Source: Verrucomicrobiota bacterium (GTDB taxonomy: Bacteria; Verrucomicrobiota; Verrucomicrobiia; Limisphaerales; UBA9464). Taken from it: a stretch of 46,946 nucleotides of DNA. The DNA is taken from contig JBBRQL010000002.1 in assembly GCA_038226425.1 (NCBI GenBank), positions 1 through 46,946 of the forward strand. Direction: 5' to 3'. A program made the translations under genes and the position numbers. The notes beneath the pieces are model-generated. The model worked only from the letters and a program-made list of their open reading frames with translations. It was not told the origin of the DNA and made no database searches. Every line of letters begins with the position of its first letter. Position 1 is the stretch's first letter. Shown here piece after piece: positions 1-7,627 of this stretch.

Positions 1-160
1 CGGTGAACGTGACGGCATTTGTCAGCTTTGCCGCAGGTACGGGTCCACTGACGGCGTCGGACGCGATGGTGGTATCGTAATCAGTGAGCGAAGCTCCCGC
101 CGGCGACATTGTCAGCGCTAACGCGAGACCGGCGTAAATCGCGGGGATGAAGAACTTCAT
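1..160 (-). CDS. partial secreted protein of unknown function (N-terminus only; gene runs off the left edge)
   Basis: ATG at 160 (minus) follows an AT-rich leader. Translation is MKFFIPAIYAGLALALTMSPAGA/SLTDYDTTIASD..., a classic signal peptide. The frame stays open to position 1. An in-frame upstream ATG at 343 is possible but less likely. Confidence 0.4.
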   Translation of the reverse strand, partial: MKFFIPAIYAGLALALTMSPAGASLTDYDTTIASDAVSGPVPAAKLTNAVTFT

Positions 161-612
161 AAATAATTCGCTTTTTACAAAGGGTGATAAGCCAACGGGA
201 ATCTTTATGCTGTAGAGAATCTCGCCGGTAACGACAGCCATGCATCCCACGATGAGGTCCTTGGTTCTATGCACAGCACTATCGGTAAACGGTAGGACCG
301 CGCCCGTCACGCCTTTGAACGGTCGGCGCCAAGGTCGGCTCATGGAAACCCTGTCTCGGCATATTGGCGGCTCCCTATCGACCGGAAGTTGGAGGTTAGA
401 TGGACGCGCTGCACGGCAAAACGGTGAGATAACGGATTGGGCGATGCCGGATGGCGCAGCTGAAAAATAGCACCTTGGCCACGATAAAGCACAGGCATTG
501 CGAAAACCTAACGCCGAGCGCCGGTTTAAGGTGGAAGGGTGAGCGTGTGAAGCCTGGGCAGAGAGATGTTTGGCCCATTTGGCGGCAACGATGTCCCGGA
601 CCTGACGATTGG

Positions 613-1005
613 TTATGTTCGGCTGGCGTGGGTGAGGACGTCGCGAAGGTAGGCGTAGGCATCGATGCCGCGGCGTCGACAGGATTCGATAAGTGTAGAT
701 AGGATGGCGCCGCGCTAGCCGGCGCCGGCTTCTCCCACGAAGAGCCAGTTCTTCCCGATGGTGGTGGGACCGATGGCGTTCTCGACCAGGTTGTTGTCGA
801 TCTCGACCCGGCCGTCGTCCAGGTACACGGTCATGCCTTGCCACTGGCCCAGGGCATAGGAGATGGCTTGGCCGAGCAGGCTCTTGGGAAGGATCCGGGG
901 CTGGCCCCGGGCCAAAGCTCGGAGGAAGCGTTCCGCCACCATCCGGCTCTTGCCGGCCCGCACCGCGGCCATTAACCGAGGTTTTCGGATGGAGAGGGAA
1001 CCGCG
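613..1005 (-). pseudogene. IS66-family transposase, C-terminal remnant (5'-truncated, in-frame TAG at 715-717)
   Basis: Translation ...LGQAISYALGQWQGMTVYLDDGRVEIDNNLVENAIGPTTIGKNWLFVGEAGAG*RGAILSTLIESCRRRGIDAYAYLRDVLTH matches the conserved IS66 Tnp C-terminal motifs (YLDDGRxEIDNN, GRKNWLF, Y.Y/AYLRDVL). Only about 130 of the roughly 500 expected residues are present. It is interrupted by an in-frame stop. No terminal inverted repeat was recognised. Confidence 0.75.
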
Positions 1006-1096
1006 CTAAGTCTTCCGCAATGACGAATCGTCACTGAAGTGCGGTTTGGCCGTGACAAGCAGGCGGCACATCGGCAAAACCCCAATAGCACACCCC

Positions 1097-3013
1097 ATGG
1101 ATTCGCAAGATCCAAACGCTTTGGCCAAGCCCTCCTTCTTCCGGGCCTTCCTGCCGTTCTGGGTCACCGCGTCCCTCAGCCTCGCGATCTTCTGCACCGA
1201 GTACCATCGGCGGAACGCTCCCCTGACCGTGCTTTCGATGCAGGTCACGGTGGATGGGGCGGAACCAGAGGAAGGCTATTCGCTGACGCTCAACGGCCGG
1301 TCCGCTGATCCGAGTCGTCCCGTGGGTTTGGGACCCAAGACCATCGTCGTGTCGACCCCTTACACGGAGCCGGTGAGCCTGAAGCAATTCGTCTGGTACG
1401 GTCCCAATCTGCTCGGCCCGATCGAGTTGAAGCGTTCTCAGGTCAAAGTCGCCTTGGATGTCCAGCCTCGGCCGGAGCTGGTCGAGCTTCGAGGTCCTTC
1501 CGGGAGTTTCACCAACGCAACGGGCCAGTTCGGGCCTTTGCCGGCCGGCCGGTACGATGCGACCTTCCGCTATGGCGAACTGACGGATGTCCAGAGGGTC
1601 CGGGTCGTCCGCGACCTGCCCGAACCGCTCAAGATCATCTCCGGGTTCGGAAGCCTCGAACTGAGCTTCGAGCCCGCCGACGCCGTCTTCAAGTTGGCCA
1701 CGCGGTCCAGCGGCCGCACCTGGGAAGGGACCACTCCCGGTGGGATTCCGCGGCTCCCCAAAGGTGGATACATATTGACGGTCGCTCGTGGCGAATATCG
1801 CCGATCGCTCGACGTGACCGTCCAGCCGAACGAGACGAACCGTATGCACGTGAAGTTCGTCTATGGAATCCTGGAAGCGACCAGCGAACCCACCGGGGCG
1901 ACCGTGGTGCTCGGAGGGAATGTCTTGGGCCGCACACCACTGGTCGTGTCGAACGTTATCCCGGCCCGGTATCGTCTCGAGATCACGAAGCCGGGATTCG
2001 ATGCCGGGACCTCCGAGGTGGAGGTCGAAGAGGGCGGAAGCCGAAAAGTCGCGACCCGCTTGGTGAACACGCGCTATCGGGAGGCGTTGGCGGCGGCAAA
2101 GGCGGCGACCGGGAACGGTCGGCAACGTGAGGCTTTGAGGTATCTGACCACGGCACTGGAAGAACAGGCTCAGGACGTTGCCGTCATGGTGCTCTTGCCC
2201 GGGGTCCGGCGCGCGGCGCGACTGGAGGAATCCGAAGACCTCGCACACCGAGGGCTTTTCGCTGAAGCCATCGCGAGCCTGGACCAAGCGGACAAATCGG
2301 AAACGCAGGATCCGGAGGCGACGGCGCTCCGGACCAAGATTGCTCAGCTCAAAGCGCAAGCAGACCAGCAGACCGCCACAACGAAGGCCCGGGAAGCTCT
2401 CGACGACGCGAAGCGCGCGGCCTCGGCCCGGGACATCAACCGCGCGTTGACCCGGTTGGCGGACGCAAAACGGCTGGTCCCGGACTTGGCGGGCATCGCC
2501 GAGACTGAGCAAGAGATACTGCGGACCAAAGCCGACCTCGATGCCGAGACCGCCCGGCGGCAACGGGCGGCACAGATCACCACCCGGTTGCAGGAACTGG
2601 AGACCGCTTTTGCCCGGGTCCAGACCAAGGACAAGTACCCCGATTCGTTCATCACGGGAGCGTGGCGGACGACCCGGCCGGTGCAGGACGTGTTGAGCAC
2701 GATCGAGGCCCTCGACCGCAGTGAGCGAGCTGGAAAGATATCCGAGCTGAGCTGGCTCAGCGACCACCACGCGACGATCAAGGCGGGCGCACTCGTCCCG
2801 CTTGTGGACATCGGGACCTACGTACGGATCGCGACTGCGACGATCGAAGATGGCCGGACCGAGATCCGGGCGAAGGTCTTCACGTACCAATTCGGCGATC
2901 AAGGCCCGGTGCCCGATTCCAATCCGGAACATCAGCGTCTACGCTTGGAAGATCTGCGCTCCAAATTCGATCGAGCCTTCTCCGGCGACCTCAAGCCCGC
3001 CAACACACCATGA
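1097..3013 (+). CDS. membrane-anchored PEGA-repeat / coiled-coil protein, function unknown (module gene A)
   Basis: Long ORF; the track starts it at TTG 1046, and I prefer ATG 1097. It has an N-terminal TM helix (FFRAFLPFWVTASLSLAIFC) and several beta-rich repeats. One repeat is a clear PEGA-like unit (GILEATSEPTGATVVLGGNVLGRTPLVVSNVIPARYRLEITKPGFD). A long Ala/Arg/Glu-rich helical region follows. The stop overlaps the next start (ATGA at 3010-3013). Confidence 0.75.
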   Translation: MDSQDPNALAKPSFFRAFLPFWVTASLSLAIFCTEYHRRNAPLTVLSMQVTVDGAEPEEGYSLTLNGRSADPSRPVGLGPKTIVVSTPYTEPVSLKQFVWYGPNLLGPIELKRSQVKVALDVQPRPELVELRGPSGSFTNATGQFGPLPAGRYDATFRYGELTDVQRVRVVRDLPEPLKIISGFGSLELSFEPADAVFKLATRSSGRTWEGTTPGGIPRLPKGGYILTVARGEYRRSLDVTVQPNETNRMHVKFVYGILEATSEPTGATVVLGGNVLGRTPLVVSNVIPARYRLEITKPGFDAGTSEVEVEEGGSRKVATRLVNTRYREALAAAKAATGNGRQREALRYLTTALEEQAQDVAVMVLLPGVRRAARLEESEDLAHRGLFAEAIASLDQADKSETQDPEATALRTKIAQLKAQADQQTATTKAREALDDAKRAASARDINRALTRLADAKRLVPDLAGIAETEQEILRTKADLDAETARRQRAAQITTRLQELETAFARVQTKDKYPDSFITGAWRTTRPVQDVLSTIEALDRSERAGKISELSWLSDHHATIKAGALVPLVDIGTYVRIATATIEDGRTEIRAKVFTYQFGDQGPVPDSNPEHQRLRLEDLRSKFDRAFSGDLKPANTP

Positions 3014-3786
3014 TCCCGGACAACTATGTCGACCGGCCGAACCTGGTCGCCCTATTTTCGTCGAATCCCGGCACTTCCGCAGGCGAGGCGGTCAAGACGC
3101 TGGCCTGGCTGAAGTTCCTTTGGACCGGCCCGAATCCCAACATCGCCATCGATCACAGCTCCCTTTACTTCCACACGAAGCTTTCCGCCCTGACCATCTA
3201 TGAATCCATGGTCACGGAAGTGGACCGGCACAAGGTTCCCGGCGTCCAAGTCGGCCGACAGATCCTGCATGAGAGCGGGCCGTTCTCGCCGTATCGGGCC
3301 TACCTGAGCATCCGCCGGGAATTCGACGAATTCCTCGTCTGCGCCGCCCCGGTGGGCGAGGCCTATATCCTGACCGTGCGGAAGATCGACTACTTCCCGC
3401 ATATCAAATGGTTTCACTACATCCCCTTCTTCCTGCTCTCCGGCGGAGCCTTCCTCGGCGGACTGGCCTGGGACGGTTGGGTCGGGGCGCTGGTCGTGGT
3501 GGCGCTGCCGGCGTCCTTGGTGTGGTCCCTCTTTCGGTATGCCGCTCATTCCACGATGAACTGGTTTTCCAAGCACCTGCCCTACATCCCGTTCATCGGA
3601 CACCTCTACATGCGCTGGTTTCTGCCCGACACTTACTATCGGCAGGATGTCCATGGCGCATTCCTGACCATCGTCGACAAATGCATCCACGCGGTGATCG
3701 ACGATCTCAATCCGGAGAACATGGCCCGGCCTTCCACCGTGCCCATTGAAGGTCCGGTCCAAAGTGATCTGCACACCAGGGCCTGA
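3010..3786 (+). CDS. small membrane protein, function unknown (module gene B)
   Basis: 258-aa ORF. It has a soluble N-terminal part of about 135 aa and central hydrophobic helices (FHYIPFFLLSGGAFLGGLAWDGWVGALVVVALPASLVWSLF). It is coupled on both sides: ATGA overlap upstream and TGATG overlap at 3784-3788 downstream. Confidence 0.7.
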   Translation: MIPDNYVDRPNLVALFSSNPGTSAGEAVKTLAWLKFLWTGPNPNIAIDHSSLYFHTKLSALTIYESMVTEVDRHKVPGVQVGRQILHESGPFSPYRAYLSIRREFDEFLVCAAPVGEAYILTVRKIDYFPHIKWFHYIPFFLLSGGAFLGGLAWDGWVGALVVVALPASLVWSLFRYAAHSTMNWFSKHLPYIPFIGHLYMRWFLPDTYYRQDVHGAFLTIVDKCIHAVIDDLNPENMARPSTVPIEGPVQSDLHTRA

Positions 3787-6700
3787 TGTCGATCAGCCAT
3801 CAGGTCGCGCGGGCGCTGGCGGAGCAGTTCTACTGCTGGGAACTTCGCGGACGCGGCTGGGTGGTCTGGCCGAGCCCGGTCCAGCTTGAGCCGCCATTCC
3901 GGCCGTTTGAAGGCCACTTTCTGCCACGGCGACTCACGGCGGACGACGGCCAGATTGAAAGCACCGGCAGCCGTTTTGCGAAGGGCTTTGGCCGGCTGCT
4001 GGGCATCTCGACCCAGCCGATAGCTGAACTGTCGCCAGAAGACATCGAGGAACCGCACGCGAACGAAGCTTCTGGACCCGACGAACTGGTCGAACTCCAG
4101 ATCGCGCTGCCACCGGACTACCAACCGCAGGCAAACGTCTTCGAGCAGTTCCTGTTCAGCATCGGCTACGCACGCGGGCCGGTTGCCTTTGAAGTGATCG
4201 GAACACCCGAGGAACTCGTGGTTCAGATCACCGTGCAACCGGATGACGCCGGGGCGGTGAGGCGGCAGCTCAAAGCCTTCTTCCCGGAAGCCATCATCGT
4301 CACCGGCGAGCAGCACCTTCGAGGAGCCCTGGTTGAGGAATCCGATGGCGACGTCCAAGTCATGGACTTCGGTCTGGAGCGGGAGTTCATGGTCCCGATC
4401 AACAGTCTCAAAGCGCTGGCCACAGATCCCTTGGTGGCGATCTGCGGCGCCTTGGACCAACTGGGGCCGGGGGAGGTGGGAGTTTTCCAGGTCCTGCTGG
4501 AACCGGCGCGACATCCGTGGGCCGCTTCGATGGTGCGAGCCGTATCGCTCGGCGACGGGCAGCCGTTCTTCTCGAACGATGCGGAACTCCTGGCCCAGAC
4601 CCGGGCAAAGGTGTCCCGCCCGCTGTACTCGACCGTCGTGCGGATGGCGGCTCGGACGGCCAGCGACCACCGGACCCTTGAACTGATCCGGGCGCTGGCC
4701 GGAGCGCTGCGTCCCTTGGGCAACCACCAAGGCAACCGGCTCGTGCCGCTCAACGAGGACGGGTACGAGGACGGCGACCACATCGCGGCGTTGGTGCGAC
4801 GAAAGACCCAACGGTCCGGGATGCTTCTGAACAGCGACGAACTGGTCGCGCTCGCTCATCTTCCCACCGCCGCCGTCCGGGCCAAGTCGCTACGAAGAGT
4901 CCTCAGCAAGACGAAAGCTGCCCCCGACGCGTTGACCGGAGACGTGGAGGGCGTGCTGCTGGGCCGCAACGGACACGAGGGCATCTCGAACGAAGTCCGC
5001 CTGCCGGACCAGACCCGGCTCAACCACTGCCACATCCTGGGCGGCACAGGCAGCGGCAAATCCACGCTACTGGGCCTGATGGCTTGGCAGGACATCTTGG
5101 CAGGTCGCGGGGTGGCGGTCATCGACCCTCACGGGGACCTGATCGACCTGCTGATCCCGCACATCCCGCCGGAGCGGATGCAGGATGTGATCCTGTTCGA
5201 TCCGACCGACGAGGAGTTCGCCATCGCCTTCAATCCGCTGGCCGCGGCCTCGGACCGGGAAAAGGAACTGCTGGCGACGGACTTCATCGCGGTGATGAAG
5301 CAGCACACGGCGAGTTGGGGAGACCAGATGTCCTCGCTGCTCGGCAACGCTGTGCTCGCGTTCCTCTGTTCGTCGAAGGGCGGCACGTTGCCGGAACTGC
5401 GGCGGTTCTTGGCGGACACCAAGTTCCGGTCCGAATTCCTTCGATCGGTGACCAATTCGGAGGTCGTCTATTTCTGGGAGAACGAGGCGCACCGCGCCAA
5501 CAAGAACTCCATCGGCTCGATCCTGACCCGGCTCGACGGGCTCCTGCGCTACGAATCCTTGCTCCATATCCTCGGGCAGCGGGCCAACCGGCTGGACTTC
5601 GCCGACATGATGGACACCGGGAAGATCTTCCTGGCCCGCCTCTCGAAGGGGCTGATCGGCGCCGAGAACGCCTACCTGCTGGGAAGCCTGCTGGTCTCGC
5701 GGTTCTACCAGACGACCATCGCCCGGCAGGCCCGTTCCCGTGAGCAGCGCCGGCCGTTTTTCCTGCTCATGGACGAGGCGGGCGATCTGCTCACCTCCAC
5801 GATCAGCGAGATCCTCACAGGCACCCGCAAGGACGGGCTGGGATTGACGCTCGCCCATCAGAACCTCTCCCAGCTCGGCGACGTCCACAGTTCGGTGATG
5901 GGCAATTGCGGTACGAAGGTCTGCTTCCAGGTCGGCGGGGATGATGCCCGGAAGATGGCGGAAGAGTTCGCTGGCTTCACCGCGACCGACCTGATGGGCC
6001 AGCCGCCCCTCCATGCGGTGGCCCGGGTCGGCTCCCGCAACCACGCTTTCAACCTGGTGACGCAGTTCGTTCCCGAAGCCGATCGACCATTGGACGAGGC
6101 CTACGCGGAGGTGCTCGGCGAGACCCGCAAACGGTACTGCACACCCCGCGCCACCATCCGCGCCGCTTTGGCCGAACTGCGCCGATCGATGCCCCGCGAC
6201 CCCGATGCGGATCCGTTCGCCCAGCTCGCGGCCAAACAAAAACTGGAACGCGAGCGGCGGGACCGCGAAGGGGACGCCCAAGGAGAACCGGCAACACCGA
6301 CGGCCCCGCGCAACAACCCGGGAAGTCCGAAAGTTGGACGTCCCGAGTCGAAGGCCCCGGCAACGGCGCCGACGATGCCGGAGGAGGCCGACACATCGGC
6401 AGAAGCTCGTCCGACGACTGCCAGCGGCAAAGCGGAGAGCATCAAGAACGCGATCATCCAAGCGGCCGGCGGTTGGGGCTATTCGTACCAGACGGAACAA
6501 GAGGTCGACGGAGGAAAGGGGAGGGTCGACATCATGCTCACCCTGGGCTCCTTGGTGATCGCCTGCGAGATCTCGGCGACCACTTCGGCCGAGCATGAGT
6601 TCGAGCGGAGCATCCGGAAATGTCTGCGAGCCGGATTCGCCCGGATCTTCCTCGTCTGCGACCACAACGCGCGGAGAGGCCAGATCCGCGAGATGGTCGA

Positions 6701-6950
6701 CGCCGGCTGCTCGCCGGAAGAGAAGCGCCGCGTGGACTGCATGACCACACGCGAGCTGATCGCGCACCTCGGCGTCTTGGCCGAACGGCAACGGGCGGAA
6801 TCGACCAAGGCGGAAAAGTCTTCCGGCAAGACCGTGCTCCAGGAGGCGGCAGGGGTGACGGTCGACGATCGGACGAAGGCCGTGGACGACGCGTGGTCCA
6901 AGATCTCCAAGAACATGAATCGCGACCGGAAGCCGACCGACCGCGATTGA
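3786..6950 (+). CDS. orphan TraD/VirD4(T4CP)-like FtsK-HerA superfamily P-loop ATPase with unknown N-terminal domain and C-terminal PD-(D/E)xK-like domain (module gene C)
   Basis: 1054-aa ORF. Walker A is HCHILGGTGSGKSTLLG (about 5040-5066), followed by VAVIDPHGDL. Walker B is RRPFFLLMDEAGDLL (about 5755-5790). GLGLTLAHQNLSQL and GTKVCFQVGGDDA are typical of coupling-protein/TrwB-type ATPases. The N-terminal 400 aa were not recognised. A Pro/Ala/Glu-rich linker is followed by GRVDIMLTLGSLVIACEISATT...RKCL...IFLVCD. Confidence 0.8.
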   Translation: MSISHQVARALAEQFYCWELRGRGWVVWPSPVQLEPPFRPFEGHFLPRRLTADDGQIESTGSRFAKGFGRLLGISTQPIAELSPEDIEEPHANEASGPDELVELQIALPPDYQPQANVFEQFLFSIGYARGPVAFEVIGTPEELVVQITVQPDDAGAVRRQLKAFFPEAIIVTGEQHLRGALVEESDGDVQVMDFGLEREFMVPINSLKALATDPLVAICGALDQLGPGEVGVFQVLLEPARHPWAASMVRAVSLGDGQPFFSNDAELLAQTRAKVSRPLYSTVVRMAARTASDHRTLELIRALAGALRPLGNHQGNRLVPLNEDGYEDGDHIAALVRRKTQRSGMLLNSDELVALAHLPTAAVRAKSLRRVLSKTKAAPDALTGDVEGVLLGRNGHEGISNEVRLPDQTRLNHCHILGGTGSGKSTLLGLMAWQDILAGRGVAVIDPHGDLIDLLIPHIPPERMQDVILFDPTDEEFAIAFNPLAAASDREKELLATDFIAVMKQHTASWGDQMSSLLGNAVLAFLCSSKGGTLPELRRFLADTKFRSEFLRSVTNSEVVYFWENEAHRANKNSIGSILTRLDGLLRYESLLHILGQRANRLDFADMMDTGKIFLARLSKGLIGAENAYLLGSLLVSRFYQTTIARQARSREQRRPFFLLMDEAGDLLTSTISEILTGTRKDGLGLTLAHQNLSQLGDVHSSVMGNCGTKVCFQVGGDDARKMAEEFAGFTATDLMGQPPLHAVARVGSRNHAFNLVTQFVPEADRPLDEAYAEVLGETRKRYCTPRATIRAALAELRRSMPRDPDADPFAQLAAKQKLERERRDREGDAQGEPATPTAPRNNPGSPKVGRPESKAPATAPTMPEEADTSAEARPTTASGKAESIKNAIIQAAGGWGYSYQTEQEVDGGKGRVDIMLTLGSLVIACEISATTSAEHEFERSIRKCLRAGFARIFLVCDHNARRGQIREMVDAGCSPEEKRRVDCMTTRELIAHLGVLAERQRAESTKAEKSSGKTVLQEAAGVTVDDRTKAVDDAWSKISKNMNRDRKPTDRD

Positions 6951-7106
6951 GCGCGAAGCGGGAAAGCAATCGATCACGCAAGCCGGCGCGCGGCCTCCGG
7001 TTCCGGGCAGACATCAACCGCATTCGCAGGGCACGAATCACGCTCGGGTTTGTCCGCCTTTGATCCGGAGATAGTTCGTTTCCTTCTCGAACCAGTGGCG
7101 CGCGGA

Positions 7107-7233
7107 ACTTCCCACTGGCCGAAAGCAGCATCGGTCCAGATTTGCCGTGGAAAACGCTCAGGAATGGGCGGAAAATCAAACTCCGACTTCCCAAAAAACT
7201 TCCCACTCACGTGCTCGAACTTTTCTTCCCACT
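7107..7233. repeat. four direct copies of (A)CTTCCCA(CT) in the non-coding stretch next to the tRNA 3' end
   Basis: ACTTCCCACT at 7107-7116 and 7198-7207. ACTTCCCA at 7186-7193. CTTCCCACT at 7225-7233. Related inverted copies (GGGGAAGTG, GCGGAAGT) lie at 7246-7268. The local G+C is visibly lower. Confidence 0.6.
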
Positions 7234-7268
7234 GAATAACCTGTTGGGGAAGTGATACTTGCGGAAGT

Positions 7269-7342
7269 TGGAGCGGGTGAAGGGAATCGAACCCTCGTCT
7301 CAGGCTTGGGAAGCCCACGTTCTACCATTGAACCACACCCGC
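7269..7342 (-). tRNA. tRNA-Gly (anticodon CCC), CCA encoded
   Basis: The reverse complement reads GCGGGTG TG GTTC AATGGTA GAAC G TGGGC TTCCCAA GCCTG AGAC GAGGG TTCGATT CCCTT CACCCGC T CCA. That gives a 7-bp acceptor stem, D and T arms, a GTTCGATTC T-loop and the anticodon loop TT-CCC-AA. Length is 74 nt. Confidence 0.93.
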
Positions 7343-7627
7343 GGAGCGGAAGAAGTGGTAGCCGAGGGCTTCGACATCCGCAACGGCGGAGTTCGATCTG
7401 GGTGCAGGCCGCAGTGGAGGACACCATTATCCAACGTCCCGGCGCTGGTCGGGGGCGGTATCCCAAAGACTCGGTGTCGCCCGCGGAACAGACAGCCCGG
7501 ACGAATGGGCACGATCACGACGCTGCCTTCCAGACCGGATTTCCCCGCTGTCCGGCAGCGCCGCTGAGCTGATGGCTTGCACCGACGCGCCGGCCGCATC
7601 GGCGGACCTGCGCTCACCGGAGGCGCT

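Noticed and set aside
1031-2932. A 633-aa minus-strand ORF antisense to the PEGA gene. Similar very long antisense ORFs occur at 5067-6977(-), 18073-20631(+), 20571-22886(-), 23782-25464(-), 25804-27993(-), 36731-38269(+) and 38261-39850(-).
   Set aside because: Their translations are Arg/Gly/Pro/Ala-rich low-complexity strings with no recognisable motifs. The opposite strand encodes clearly recognisable proteins (SpeA, GspE, ThyA, Gnd, Pgi and others). These are typical stop-codon-poor shadow frames of high-GC DNA.
6974-7318. A 114-aa minus-strand ORF and a 61-aa plus-strand ORF (7050-7235) in the gap before the tRNA.
   Set aside because: The minus-strand ORF overlaps the tRNA gene. Both are built on the ACTTCCCACT repeat array in AT-richer DNA, and no motif was recognised. 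This is more likely non-coding.
1-7342. An integrated prophage or complete ICE.
   Set aside because: No integrase, relaxase, VirB4, capsid or terminase genes and no att duplication are visible in the window. Only an island-like context can be claimed.
7343-7627. A possible second tRNA, suggested by the T-loop-like GGAGTTCGATCTGG at about 7398.
   Set aside because: The flanking bases do not form a T stem (GGAG versus CTGG), and no acceptor or anticodon arms can be drawn.
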